In this document: piece by piece, positions 46,954 through 57,123 of the stretch | Numbering within the stretch: position 1 is the stretch's first letter | Layout of the letters: every line of letters starts with the position of its first letter | IMG/VR virus record: IMGVR_UViG_3300030098_005028 | Location: 1-64,000 of that record | Length of the DNA: 64,000 nt | From: a virus | Strand: one strand, 5' to 3' | Program-made: the position numbers and the translations under genes | The notes under the pieces: model-generated | Seen by the model: the letters and a program-made list of their open reading frames with translations, nothing else | What the model was told of the DNA's origin: nothing | Database searches by the model: none

Positions 46954-48712
46954 TTTGGTATCTCATTGTTTCCGTTGTTGTAAAGATTGTTGTGTTATCC
47001 ATATCCTGTATAAAGTCATATGGAATTCTAGAAACCATACTGTATCCTTCTAAAAAAGAATCAATGTCATCTGGATTCATAAACCAGAAAGGTCTAAATT
47101 TTTTATTATCAAAATTTTCTAGACTTGCACATGTTTTGGTATCTGTACAAGTCATATCTTCTATAATTATTTCTTTAGCAGAAGATTCTGTTATATCTTT
47201 TAGTATTTTTGAAGGTTCTTTTTCATATTGTACTTTTGATTTTATGTATACGACATCAGACTCCTGTAAATCAAACGTATACTCAACGTCTTCATATAGG
47301 GCATCCAATAGAGATGAAACCTCATCTTTTTCTTCTACAATGATTGAGTACCTCTTATGTTGGCCTTCTTCTATTGATGAAATTAGTCCATGATATTTTT
47401 TCTTGAAGTGTGGCAGGTCAATGCACACATCTTCTTCTTTCTGCCTAACTTCTGGCTGTTCTGTTTTTATACTAATTACTTGATCAAAAGAGTCATACAT
47501 CCCTTTATATAGTCTGCTTGATTTCTGTCTTATTATTTTTGGGGATGGAATGTGAGTTATAAACTTCCCTCCTCGGTTGGCAAAGTCAACTTCTTTGGCG
47601 AATATTTCTTCGGTAAAATTCCAAGCTCCAAGAAAGGCATAATCTACACTATCATCGAAGTGAGATGGGTCTAGTATTGGAATATGCATTCCCGGTGAAA
47701 ATTTGTTTTGCTTTACCTCTGTATTATCTACAATGTAGTCGATTATTTCTGGGCCTATATTGCAATAGTTAAATATACATGTTGATTTTGATGTTGCTCC
47801 GTAGCTAACAATCTTGCTGCCGTTCTTCTTTATAGCCGTCAACATTTCTACTAGTTCATCTCTAGAACTCTGTACATTTCTGGCAAAGGCCTGATAGGTC
47901 TCCAGATTGTCTATTCCCATAGACTGTTCTTCTCTCAAAGAGGCTTCTACACATGGATCGACCTTTACATGAGAGTTTTCTTTGGTCTTTGCAAATACTC
48001 TATTAGAACCTCCATGAACACTGGTTCTTTGTACATCAAATATCTCCATACCTGCATTCTGAAGAAGATTATTCAAAGATGTTAAAGAGAAGAGGTGTGC
48101 GTGTTCATCATATATCTGGTCATAAGAATTTCTTATAAGCATGTCTACAACACAAGGGTCTTCAAAGATAAACACACCATTAGTATCATCCAGAACGTGT
48201 CTAACCGCATGAAATGCCTCTTGTATGTCTGGAATATGACACATACAGTTTGCAGAGTAAACTAAATCCACAAAATAAAGATCTTTGATCTTCTTTGCAG
48301 ATTCCATGTTCCAGAACACATTGAATGTGTCGTAGCCCATTTCTCTGGTCATCTCAGCAAAATTTCCACACGGCTCTACTGATATCGCTTTATTGGTATC
48401 AAAGTGTTTCAAAAATACTCCGTCATTGCTTCCTATTTCTAGTATTCTGCGATATGGATTAGACTCAATCTCTTTAGCAACAGAAGCAAAGTGATCCCTC
48501 ATTGTCTGCGAACCTGAAGAATGATACATGTAGCTATCATTAAACATTAGTGGTGGATCTACAAATTCCATCAGAGAAACTAGTTTAGTCTCATCATCAA
48601 ATCCTACTTTCATGTCAAAGAAAAATTCTTCTTCATTGCTTTCTAGTTGTTCTTTTGTTAGGAAACCATTTGCTATTGGATGTCTTCCTAAGTCTAAAAA
48701 TTCGGTCTGCAT
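46931..48712 (-). CDS. NDP-hexose C-methyltransferase fused to an extra C-terminal domain
   Basis: LDLG..PIANGF, EIGSNDG, YDQIYDEH, VHGGS, YGATSK, LGAWNF; about 200 extra aa. Confidence 0.85.
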   Translation of the reverse strand: MQTEFLDLGRHPIANGFLTKEQLESNEEEFFFDMKVGFDDETKLVSLMEFVDPPLMFNDSYMYHSSGSQTMRDHFASVAKEIESNPYRRILEIGSNDGVFLKHFDTNKAISVEPCGNFAEMTREMGYDTFNVFWNMESAKKIKDLYFVDLVYSANCMCHIPDIQEAFHAVRHVLDDTNGVFIFEDPCVVDMLIRNSYDQIYDEHAHLFSLTSLNNLLQNAGMEIFDVQRTSVHGGSNRVFAKTKENSHVKVDPCVEASLREEQSMGIDNLETYQAFARNVQSSRDELVEMLTAIKKNGSKIVSYGATSKSTCIFNYCNIGPEIIDYIVDNTEVKQNKFSPGMHIPILDPSHFDDSVDYAFLGAWNFTEEIFAKEVDFANRGGKFITHIPSPKIIRQKSSRLYKGMYDSFDQVISIKTEQPEVRQKEEDVCIDLPHFKKKYHGLISSIEEGQHKRYSIIVEEKDEVSSLLDALYEDVEYTFDLQESDVVYIKSKVQYEKEPSKILKDITESSAKEIIIEDMTCTDTKTCASLENFDNKKFRPFWFMNPDDIDSFLEGYSMVSRIPYDFIQDMDNTTIFTTTETMRYQNDKLVSH

Positions 48713-49038
48713 CTCAACTCCTTGTGCGGTTCTATCTTTTCTAAATCTAATGCCTCAAAAGAGTTGAAGCATCTGTCGCAAATCATTACATCGTATGCGG
48801 GTTTTTTGAATCTGAGTTCATGGTATTTGACTCCATATTTTTCAAATTGAGATTTCGTAAGTTCAGTCCAATCTTCACCGCTTACACTTCCTCTAGCTGT
48901 CCAATAAACTATGTGATGCCCTTCATCATATAATTTGTTTGCTTTTTCAATATTTTTAATTATTGGCTTTGCTTTTTTATAGTTACAATTTTTACTTTGT
49001 GTAAATATGGTATTATCTATATCTATGTATATTTTCAT
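48694..49038 (-). CDS. HAD-family phosphatase (capsule-biosynthesis type)
   Basis: DIDNT, WTARG, KP.YD..ICDR. Confidence 0.85.
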   Translation of the reverse strand: MKIYIDIDNTIFTQSKNCNYKKAKPIIKNIEKANKLYDEGHHIVYWTARGSVSGEDWTELTKSQFEKYGVKYHELRFKKPAYDVMICDRCFNSFEALDLEKIEPHKELRCRPNF

Positions 49039-49688
49039 CGTGTCATGTAATGAGACCTCAAAACTAGTCTCTCATTTCCTTCTCTAAGAACTCCTCCAAA
49101 GTGAAATATATCGCTATCAAATATCAATAAATCACCAGCTTTTCCGGTCATCGGTGTCGAATCTTTTTTAGATATATCAAGATGTGGATAGTCTATTTCT
49201 ATTCTGTTTTTTACTTGACTATAATCTGATGAGTTAGACCAAGCTTTTTTTCTTAGCTGTGCGCCTAGATATCTACTTCCTTTTACGACACTAAAAGGGC
49301 CACAGTCCTCATCACAATCAGTTAGGTAAAGAAAAAATTTAAGAGTATGAAATCTATCAAAATGGAGATATCCGTTTCTAGCAAGTTCTTCATTAGCTAT
49401 ATAATCATGAGTCGCTTGGATTGCGTGTAAGTAGTTATCACCTAAGTACTCTTGTTTTGTTGACTTTATCAATTCATTATCGAATACTTTTCTTACTTCG
49501 CTTGAAGGAGGAGCCAGATTTTCCAATGGTATGAAGTTGAGTGCTTTTCCAAATTGATAGCCTCCTTCTGAAAAATTTTCTATTTTTTCCAACACTTCTT
49601 GCTTTATTGTTTCTATATCTTCTAAAGGAACAAACCCTTCTAGTTTGACTATGCCTTCTTTCAGTATTTCTCTAGGTAGATCTTGCAT
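49035..49688 (-). CDS. Phytanoyl-CoA dioxygenase-family 2OG-Fe(II) oxygenase
   Basis: LHFD, YLTD...GPF.VVKGS, AGDLLIFD...H.G....R. Confidence 0.8.
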   Translation of the reverse strand: MQDLPREILKEGIVKLEGFVPLEDIETIKQEVLEKIENFSEGGYQFGKALNFIPLENLAPPSSEVRKVFDNELIKSTKQEYLGDNYLHAIQATHDYIANEELARNGYLHFDRFHTLKFFLYLTDCDEDCGPFSVVKGSRYLGAQLRKKAWSNSSDYSQVKNRIEIDYPHLDISKKDSTPMTGKAGDLLIFDSDIFHFGGVLREGNERLVLRSHYMTR

Positions 49689-50607
49689 AATGTTTCACCG
49701 TCTTTTCTATATCTGAATGAAAATCGCCTTCATATTCAAAGCCTTCTGCTCTTAAAAATTGAGAACTTATAGAGTACCTTTGGTCATGACCAAGCCTATC
49801 TTCTACGAATTCAATATGCTCATCAGCTTCTTTGTTCATAACATCACAAATGAGCTTTATCATTTCAATATTTTGTAGCTCAATTCCAGAGGATATATTG
49901 TATATATTGTTTTTTAGGCTATCTCTATTTTTTATTATGAATCCTATTGCTGAGGCAGTTTCATACACAGAAGTCCATTCTCTTATTTGTTTTCCGTCTC
50001 CATAAAGAGGAACCTTCTTCCCTTCAGATATCCTAGTCACAGATTTAGGAAAAAGTTTCTCAGTATGTTGACGTGGGCCAAAATTATTAGATGGCCTAAC
50101 AATAATACATTCAACACCATATGTATTCTCATAGGCTTTTATCATCATATCTGCCGAGGCTTTTGTTGCAGCATATGGATTTTTTGGGTTCAACCTTGCA
50201 TATTCATGGAAAGAACCTTCTGCAATATCACCATATACTTCATCAGTAGAAACATGCAATAATTTGACTGAATCTTCTTTGCAAACTTCTAACAATGATT
50301 TAACACCGAGAACATTAGACCAAAGAAAATCGTCGCAAGATTCAATTGATCTATCAACGTGCGTGTGAGCAGCTAGATTTATAATCCATTGAATATCGTG
50401 ATTTTTACATATTGAGGATATATCCTGTTGTTGATTGATGTCTATTTTGTAGCCCGCTATCGCATTAGGCTCAAAATCAATCGTATTAGCTGGATTAGCG
50501 GCATATGTAAACGAGTCTATGGCCACAACACCGAAGCCGTTATTTGTAAACCAATCTGCTACATGGCTACCAATGAAACCGGCAGAACCTGTAATTGCTA
50601 CATTCAT
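49672..50607 (-). CDS. rmlB: dTDP-glucose 4,6-dehydratase
   Basis: GSAGFIG, THVDRSI, STDEVYG, PYAATKA, NNFGP.QH.EK, DRLGHD.RY. Confidence 0.93.
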   Translation of the reverse strand: MNVAITGSAGFIGSHVADWFTNNGFGVVAIDSFTYAANPANTIDFEPNAIAGYKIDINQQQDISSICKNHDIQWIINLAAHTHVDRSIESCDDFLWSNVLGVKSLLEVCKEDSVKLLHVSTDEVYGDIAEGSFHEYARLNPKNPYAATKASADMMIKAYENTYGVECIIVRPSNNFGPRQHTEKLFPKSVTRISEGKKVPLYGDGKQIREWTSVYETASAIGFIIKNRDSLKNNIYNISSGIELQNIEMIKLICDVMNKEADEHIEFVEDRLGHDQRYSISSQFLRAEGFEYEGDFHSDIEKTVKHYARST

Positions 50608-51473
50608 TAGACTATTCCGTAAAGATAATTACTGTATTCGTTCTTGCCTAGATTGCCCGCAAGATGTAAGAGTTGCCTTTTGCTGATGTAGCCTAGATTA
50701 TATGCTATCTCTTCCAAGCAGGCAATCTTCAAACCCTGTCTTTTTTCGATTGTCTGTATAAAGTTTGATGCCTCTAATAGAGAATCATGAGAACCAGCGT
50801 CGAACCAAGCATAACCTCGCCCAAATATCTCAAGCATCAACTTCTTGCTTTTCAAGTACACATTATTGACATCGGTTATTTCAAGTTCGCCTCTTGAAGA
50901 AGGACTTATGGTTTTTGCAATTTTTACTACATCATTACTATACATATATAGCCCGACAGCCGCACAATTTGATTTTGGATTTTCAGGCTTTTCCTCGATG
51001 CTTACGACACGTCTATTTCTGTTATATTCTATGACACCATATTCTCTTGCGTCATTAACATGATAACCAAATATTACAGATTTGTTATTTTCAGTTATTT
51101 CTCTGCTAGTTCTAAGAATAGTTGGTAAAGCATCTCCATAAAATATATTATCGCCAAGTATCAAACAAACAGAGTCATCGCCAATAAATTCTTCGGCTAT
51201 TATAAAGCATTCAGCTATTCCTTTTGGCGATTCTTGAATGTTATATTCAATATTTATTCCAAGATGAGAACCGTCTTCAAAAAGAGACTTATATAAATTA
51301 ATCTGGTCAGGCCTTGTAATAACCATGATATCTTTTATTCCTGCCAGCATTAATGTTGACATTGGATAATATATCATCGGCTTATTATATATAGTAAGTA
51401 GCTGCTTCGTTATTACATTAGTTGCTGGATAAAGTCTTGAGCCTGATCCACCAGAAAGCACTATTCCCTTCAT
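50607..51473 (-). CDS. rmlA: Glucose-1-phosphate thymidylyltransferase
   Basis: GGSGSRLYPAT, KQLL.IYNKPMIYYP, LGDNIFYG, EEKP, RGELEITD. Confidence 0.96.
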   Translation of the reverse strand: MKGIVLSGGSGSRLYPATNVITKQLLTIYNKPMIYYPMSTLMLAGIKDIMVITRPDQINLYKSLFEDGSHLGINIEYNIQESPKGIAECFIIAEEFIGDDSVCLILGDNIFYGDALPTILRTSREITENNKSVIFGYHVNDAREYGVIEYNRNRRVVSIEEKPENPKSNCAAVGLYMYSNDVVKIAKTISPSSRGELEITDVNNVYLKSKKLMLEIFGRGYAWFDAGSHDSLLEASNFIQTIEKRQGLKIACLEEIAYNLGYISKRQLLHLAGNLGKNEYSNYLYGIV

Positions 51474-52543
51474 GACATTGTTCTCAAAAAACCTTGTAAA
51501 TTATCTATTTCTTGCTCACAAAGAGAGTAAGTATCTTCTAAAAAGTAGTACTGTTCTGGCAAATCTATATTAAAAGGGTTTAGTGAACCCACTATTGTTT
51601 GTAAATCTATTAGCCTTGAATCATCACAATACTTTTTAGATTCATCTATCTTACTGACAAGAAGGTCAACATCATCGACTCTGGGGGTGTACATTTCTAT
51701 ATAGCATTTTCTAAAATGATCCCTGCATACATCAAAATCCTCGCCATCACACATAGACATCGCAAATGTGATGCCATCTGTCATTTTAGCAAAGTTCTCA
51801 GGCCATTCACCCTGTCTAATCCATGTATTTTGATCTGGAAAATGTATGTGTCTTTCTCCTCCTTCCACCCTTGGTGTACCATGCTCATGAATAATGTGAC
51901 AGAAAGAATTGTCTCTCATACCGTCTCCCCAAATTATGCTTAGAAACCCTATCATTTGATCGCAGAATCTAAGGTTAGATGGGCTAAGATACCATAATAT
52001 GCTCCAATTCATTTGTGCCGATTGAGTTCTTATAACATTATGCCAATTGCTGTGAAATCTTGTTGCTTGACTGTGAATTCTTTCTGCCGATGTGTCTCCT
52101 GTGATTGACTCAGGAAATTCGGTATACATAGGAGATCTTTCTTCGATTCCTCTCTCTCCAATATGCACCCCTGTCTTTCCCCCTCTAGCCGAACAGAAAT
52201 CTCTATTTTTGTTTAAGAAATCAATACAAGACTTTATTCCATTTATTGTAAAAAAATCATCATTGTCTATAACCATACATAGGGGCGTTTCGACTGCTAG
52301 TAATGATCTAGCGACTTTTCCATAGAAATCCTGAACTGTTTTGTCATATGGAAATCTAAGATATTCAATTTTCAATCCATCATAATAGTTTGATTCTATG
52401 CTTTTTTGTATTCTTGAGTCTATTTCTCCCCCATCAGCTATGACCAAAGGGAAAGGGCATTCTATTTCATACAAATAAGCCAAGAGACGGCGAGAATAGA
52501 ACTCTCTGCCTTTGATTGGTAATACTAGTGTTAGATCATTCAT
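51470..52543 (-). CDS. GT2-like glycosyltransferase (TIGR00180-like)
   Basis: LTLVLP...R, VIADGG, DNDDF. Confidence 0.75.
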   Translation of the reverse strand: MNDLTLVLPIKGREFYSRRLLAYLYEIECPFPLVIADGGEIDSRIQKSIESNYYDGLKIEYLRFPYDKTVQDFYGKVARSLLAVETPLCMVIDNDDFFTINGIKSCIDFLNKNRDFCSARGGKTGVHIGERGIEERSPMYTEFPESITGDTSAERIHSQATRFHSNWHNVIRTQSAQMNWSILWYLSPSNLRFCDQMIGFLSIIWGDGMRDNSFCHIIHEHGTPRVEGGERHIHFPDQNTWIRQGEWPENFAKMTDGITFAMSMCDGEDFDVCRDHFRKCYIEMYTPRVDDVDLLVSKIDESKKYCDDSRLIDLQTIVGSLNPFNIDLPEQYYFLEDTYSLCEQEIDNLQGFLRTMS

Positions 52544-53252
52544 TTAATTCTCTTTTCATTTTATCTAGATTCATAGAGGTATCTTTTGGCATTATTTCAC
52601 TAATATCTTCTAGATATATTTTTCCAACATCTGGATTATCTTTTTTTGCGAATTCATATATGCTAGACGATTTTCCTCCTATGTTTATTGTTCCTTTCTT
52701 GTCTAAAAGCATAAGTATTATGTCTGCTACGTCATCATCATATATTAGACTTTTTTTAGAATCTGCTATCGCTGATTTATGAGGAAATGGCTTAGAACAC
52801 ATCGCTACTCTTAGGATGAGATGATTGTCGTGCATTCTTACAGCACATTCGCCTCCAAGTTTAGACCAAGCATACTTATTTATTGGTAATATCGGGTCTT
52901 CTTCTTTGTAGTCTCCAGTCAATCCGGGATAAACAAAGTCAGTTGATATATAAACAAGCTTTATCCCCATCATTATGCAGGTCGCAGCGACATGAGATGT
53001 TCCAACAATATTAGTATGCAGGCTTTCCAAAGGGTTATTATCATGAATATTCATTGGCCGTGTCAATGCGGCGGTATGTATGATTACATCTGGCTTTACA
53101 GCACCAACCCAAAATGTAATGTCTGACATTGATTTGATATTCATCTCCCCTTTTGGAGGAGCGACTATGTCATGATTACGACTACGGTTTGACTGAATTA
53201 TTTTTTTTGCCAGCTTTCCTTCGCCGCCGGTAATTAATATCTTCATACCCAA
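52536..53252 (-). CDS. rmlD: dTDP-4-dehydrorhamnose reductase-like SDR
   Basis: TGGEGKL, YISTDFVY.G, YKEED...PINKYAWSKL.GE. Confidence 0.8.
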   Translation of the reverse strand: MGMKILITGGEGKLAKKIIQSNRSRNHDIVAPPKGEMNIKSMSDITFWVGAVKPDVIIHTAALTRPMNIHDNNPLESLHTNIVGTSHVAATCIMMGIKLVYISTDFVYPGLTGDYKEEDPILPINKYAWSKLGGECAVRMHDNHLILRVAMCSKPFPHKSAIADSKKSLIYDDDVADIILMLLDKKGTINIGGKSSSIYEFAKKDNPDVGKIYLEDISEIMPKDTSMNLDKMKRELNE

Positions 53253-54144
53253 GTAACTCCAGAGTTTCAGCTATTGCATTTTCAACTTTTCCGCAAGGTC
53301 GCCATTCAGTTAACTCTAATAGCTTTTTATTACTGACCTTATAACTATGTTGATTTAATAATGGGGTATCAACAAATTCTACATCAAGATGACTGACATA
53401 CTTCTTTATTTCTTCTACAATTTCTGAAAGCTTGTGATTGTCTGTCAAGACATTGTATGTCTGATTATATACAAGCTCTTCGTCTAGTATATGTCTCATT
53501 AATGAACATAGATCTGACAGGCACAAATATGGCCTATAATGATGATAATTTTGTTTCCAAACACTAAGAGGCTTGTTAAAAGCTGCTTGATAACAGAATT
53601 TATTTATTGCAGTATGGAATCTCATTCCATTGCTAATTCCGTATATAGTACCAAGCCTTAAAATTATATATTTAGTTTCTTGTAGGTTTTCATTAATCCA
53701 GTCTTCTACCCATACCTTCGTCTCAGCGTAAGGGCTTTGTGCATTTACATATTTTTTATCTTCATTTACTAATTTATCTGAAGTTCCGTAGACACTGGTC
53801 GAAGATGGAAATATTACTGTCTTTACTTTTGAATGTTCTACCTTAGTTAAAAATTTACAAGTCTGTTCTACATTAACTTTCCAAACCCATTTTGGATCTC
53901 TAAAGCTAGATGCAGCATCAGTTATAGCTGCCAAATGAATAACAGCATCAAATTTATCTAAAAAAGATTTGTCTAAATCAATAAATGAATGGTCAACAAA
54001 CCTAATATTTTTTTCTAGATTGAATAATGAGCAGTACCTCTGAGTACTTAAATTGTCACATACAGTTAGATCGTAATCAGATAAAAACCTAATCAAGCCC
54101 GATCCTATATGTCCAAGACCGCCTGTTATTAAGATTCTTTCCAT
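53182..54144 (-). CDS. NAD-dependent epimerase/dehydratase
   Basis: TGGLGHIG, HLAA, SSTSVYG, SPYAETK. Confidence 0.9.
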   Translation of the reverse strand: MERILITGGLGHIGSGLIRFLSDYDLTVCDNLSTQRYCSLFNLEKNIRFVDHSFIDLDKSFLDKFDAVIHLAAITDAASSFRDPKWVWKVNVEQTCKFLTKVEHSKVKTVIFPSSTSVYGTSDKLVNEDKKYVNAQSPYAETKVWVEDWINENLQETKYIILRLGTIYGISNGMRFHTAINKFCYQAAFNKPLSVWKQNYHHYRPYLCLSDLCSLMRHILDEELVYNQTYNVLTDNHKLSEIVEEIKKYVSHLDVEFVDTPLLNQHSYKVSNKKLLELTEWRPCGKVENAIAETLELLGYEDINYRRRRKAGKKNNSVKP

Positions 54145-54545
54145 TCTAAAAATTCCTCATAATTTCTTATGTAATCTTCTTCCATATAAAGATGGCTACA
54201 CAAAACTAAAAGTACAGAGTTATTTGTAGTGTAAACTTGCTCTGCCCAAACCCCAGCGGGTATGATAATTCCTTTACTTGCAGAGTTTATATGTATCGTT
54301 TGCTGTTCTTTTCCGTCTTTTAGTATTACAGTAATTCCACCATTTATACATACTAAGAGTTGTTCAGTCATTACATGTGCATGACCACCACGCTTTTCCC
54401 CTGCACTAACTCCATAAACATAGAATACTCTTTGGAAGTCAAAAGGTGCTTCTTTCAAGTTTTCTATTACTGTTAGGTTTCCTCTTTCGTCAGAGAATGT
54501 AGGCAAGTCAATTCTTTGAATATTCATTTGTTTTCTGTTTCCCAT
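54129..54545 (-). CDS. FdtA/QdtA-type sugar 3,4-ketoisomerase (cupin)
   Basis: DERGNLTVIE, RVFYVY, RGGHAH, VLLVLCS..Y...DYIR.Y. Confidence 0.88.
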   Translation of the reverse strand: MGNRKQMNIQRIDLPTFSDERGNLTVIENLKEAPFDFQRVFYVYGVSAGEKRGGHAHVMTEQLLVCINGGITVILKDGKEQQTIHINSASKGIIIPAGVWAEQVYTTNNSVLLVLCSHLYMEEDYIRNYEEFLEWKES

Positions 54546-54973
54546 TCTTCACCAAAGTCACCAACCTTGGCTCTGAATTCATCTGAAGGATCATATTTTT
54601 CTGATAGATAGTATAGCATTATTGAGTTTGGCTCCAACGCTTGGTATCCATGATAAACTCCCGGTGGTATTTTTATTACTCTTTGTTCTCTTTCAGTAAT
54701 ATATAAGAACTCTGTTTTCTCTCCAGTTGACAAGCCAACTTTAAAAGAGCCTTTTATGCATACCCAAAAGTCAGTCTGTTTTTCATGCTTGTGCCAAGCA
54801 ACTATATGTTTAGTTGAATTAACATAAGAAATATTGATTTGCCCTTTCATAGAATCCTTCCCTGTAAATGAATCGTCAAATACATCTAAGTATCTTTCAG
54901 CACGATCATCTATATGGAAAGGAATCTTTTTGGCGTAATAGTTTTTTTTAGGAGATTTATCTGACTTTTTCAA
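54524..54973 (-). CDS. rmlC: RmlC-like dTDP-sugar 3,5-epimerase (cupin)
   Basis: DDR, AWHKHEKQTD, IPPGVYHGY, YY.SEKYDPSDE. Confidence 0.7.
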   Translation of the reverse strand: MKKSDKSPKKNYYAKKIPFHIDDRAERYLDVFDDSFTGKDSMKGQINISYVNSTKHIVAWHKHEKQTDFWVCIKGSFKVGLSTGEKTEFLYITEREQRVIKIPPGVYHGYQALEPNSIMLYYLSEKYDPSDEFRAKVGDFGEEWETENK

Positions 54974-55647
54974 AACAATATCCCCTGACTTATCATTTCT
55001 TCTGCTTTTTCTAAATCTTCAGCGGTATCAATGTCTACATACATTGATCTTGGTATTTCGACACCTTTGACATTTCCGACAAAAAAGTTTTTGTGTTCTC
55101 TAATATGAGACCAGTGAGACATATAGAACGAACCATTTGGCTTGTAGTATTTTTGGATGAATTTGCTGTTTGTCAATCCAGAAGTTAGGTTGTCAAAAAC
55201 TGGAAAAACGCTGTCATTCCTCTTAATCATAGCGAGTTGTATTGGTTCAGAATATTCACTAATACTAACTACAGAGTCACATTCTCGGAGAATCTCAATC
55301 GCTTTCGATATATCTTCTGTCTTCCTAAAAGGACATGTTGGCAAAAAGTAAGAAAAGACATCGTGTCTTTCCACATCTTGCATCATAGCAATTAACGCAG
55401 AAAGAACCGTTGCTTTCTCTGTAGCATACTCAGCAGGCCTATCATATATTTCTACGTCGTAATCCTTCGCTACATCTTTTATTTCTTGTGAGTCAGTAGA
55501 TACAATAATAGTATCAAATTCTCCAGAGTCTATTACTGTCTCTATTGTATGAACAATGAGTGGTCTGCCTCCTAAAAGACGAATGTTCTTATCTTTTAGT
55601 CTAGTCGATCCACCTCTCGCCGGTATAACAGCTAGTCTTGTGATCAT
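54970..55647 (-). CDS. neuA: Acylneuraminate cytidylyltransferase (NeuA-type CMP-ulosonate synthetase)
   Basis: IPARGGSTRL.DKN, VSTDS, RP..YA, PTCPFR, PNGSFY, DIDT.EDL. Confidence 0.85.
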   Translation of the reverse strand: MITRLAVIPARGGSTRLKDKNIRLLGGRPLIVHTIETVIDSGEFDTIIVSTDSQEIKDVAKDYDVEIYDRPAEYATEKATVLSALIAMMQDVERHDVFSYFLPTCPFRKTEDISKAIEILRECDSVVSISEYSEPIQLAMIKRNDSVFPVFDNLTSGLTNSKFIQKYYKPNGSFYMSHWSHIREHKNFFVGNVKGVEIPRSMYVDIDTAEDLEKAEEMISQGILF

Positions 55648-56366
55648 CCTTTTCTCCTTAGATAGCCATCTGGATGACAGGAGAACAATAGTTTGTTGCG
55701 AATCCTTTCATCTCTCTCAAAATTTTCATTAGAATCCAGAAACTCATTCAAAGCGGTTCGTGGGTTATTTCCTTTACCCCATTCTTTATCTCTGTGAAGT
55801 TTTGGCATGTCTTCAATAACAGTGTCTGCACAAATCAAGTAGCATCCTTCACTTACCAGTTCACTATATATATTAAGTTCTTTTAGTACATGTTCATGTG
55901 TATGGTGAGAGTCGAGTATTACCATGCATTTACCATCTACCTTGTTTTTTATTTGATCTAATGTTTCTTTGTGTAAAGAAGAGCCTTCTAGAAATATCAA
56001 CTCTACTCCAATATTTTTTTTAGTTACTCTATCTAACATGTCTTCTGGCATGTAGATGTCGATACCTATTAATGATTTGCCACCATACATAGCCATTAAT
56101 GTCGAGTAAAATAGTGATGATCCTCCCCAAGCTACTCCTACCTCAATAATATGGTCTGGCTTAGTATCAAGAATTATTTCTTGTATTGCAAACATATCTT
56201 GCGGTAACTGAAGGACTGGTTCTCCTTGCCAATTAGTTTGGTTAATCCAGTGATAACTGTCAGCATGACACAAAGTGCTTATTGCCTTATTCTTCAAAGA
56301 TTTGTCTTCCCACATATCTTTTGCTTCAGACAGTCGTAGTTCCTCAAATTCTTCCCTAGTGTACAC
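55644..56366 (-). CDS. CmcI/rhamnosyl O-methyltransferase family
   Basis: W.GEP.LQLPQD, KPD.IIE.GVA.GGS, LDSHHTHEHVLKEL, WGKGNNP, PDGYL. Confidence 0.9.
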   Translation of the reverse strand: MYTREEFEELRLSEAKDMWEDKSLKNKAISTLCHADSYHWINQTNWQGEPVLQLPQDMFAIQEIILDTKPDHIIEVGVAWGGSSLFYSTLMAMYGGKSLIGIDIYMPEDMLDRVTKKNIGVELIFLEGSSLHKETLDQIKNKVDGKCMVILDSHHTHEHVLKELNIYSELVSEGCYLICADTVIEDMPKLHRDKEWGKGNNPRTALNEFLDSNENFERDERIRNKLLFSCHPDGYLRRKG

Positions 56367-57123
56367 AGGCTTTGATCTCCTCTTGTTTTGTAATCAAATA
56401 ATCGACTCTAGAAAGATCTATTTGGCAGTCGGCATCTGAAGTAGACGAAGGAGGATGAGGATGAACCTCGGCAAATACAGCGTCATAGCCAAACACGCCA
56501 GATGATAGAAGATATTTTTCTGCTAATGACCTATCTCCTTGAGTACCATACACATGCCTGCTTCTTTGTGTAGAGTGAGTACAGTCAATTACAACTTTGT
56601 CATAACACTTTTTCAATTCTTCTATAATAGTAAAATCGACAATCAACTTGTCGTAACCATAGTTAGAACCCCTGTCGCATACCCATGCCTCTGTACTAGG
56701 GTCTGTATCTTTAATTTTATCTAAAGACTTAATCAGGTTGTTAGGCCCGATCCACTGACCCTTCTTTATGTTTACTTTGTCAAATGACTGAGCAGAAGCA
56801 ACTATTAGGTCTGTTTGACGACATAGAAAAGCAGGGATTTGCACCAAGTCAATCACACCAGCAAGCTTTTCTACCTGCCACACTTCATGAATATCTGTGG
56901 TTAATTTTATAGTAGGGTGCTTTTCTTTTACCTCACGAAAAAGTTCAATCCCTTCTTCCAAACCAACACCACGTCCTCCGTATAAAGAAGTACGATTAGC
57001 TTTATCAAAAGAGGCTTTATAATACCAGTCACGATCACCCATTATTTCTACTAAGTGATCAGCCGTATTTAGGTACATCTCCCTGTTGTCAATAGTACAA
57101 GGCCCTAGTATCCAAGTGGTCAT
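56356..57123 (-). CDS. kdsA: 3-deoxy-8-phosphooctulonate (Kdo-8-P) synthase family
   Basis: GPC, KASFDKANRTS, TTDIHE, QIPAFLCRQTDL, NIKKGQ, DCTHS. Confidence 0.92.
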   Translation of the reverse strand: MTTWILGPCTIDNREMYLNTADHLVEIMGDRDWYYKASFDKANRTSLYGGRGVGLEEGIELFREVKEKHPTIKLTTDIHEVWQVEKLAGVIDLVQIPAFLCRQTDLIVASAQSFDKVNIKKGQWIGPNNLIKSLDKIKDTDPSTEAWVCDRGSNYGYDKLIVDFTIIEELKKCYDKVVIDCTHSTQRSRHVYGTQGDRSLAEKYLLSSGVFGYDAVFAEVHPHPPSSTSDADCQIDLSRVDYLITKQEEIKACVH

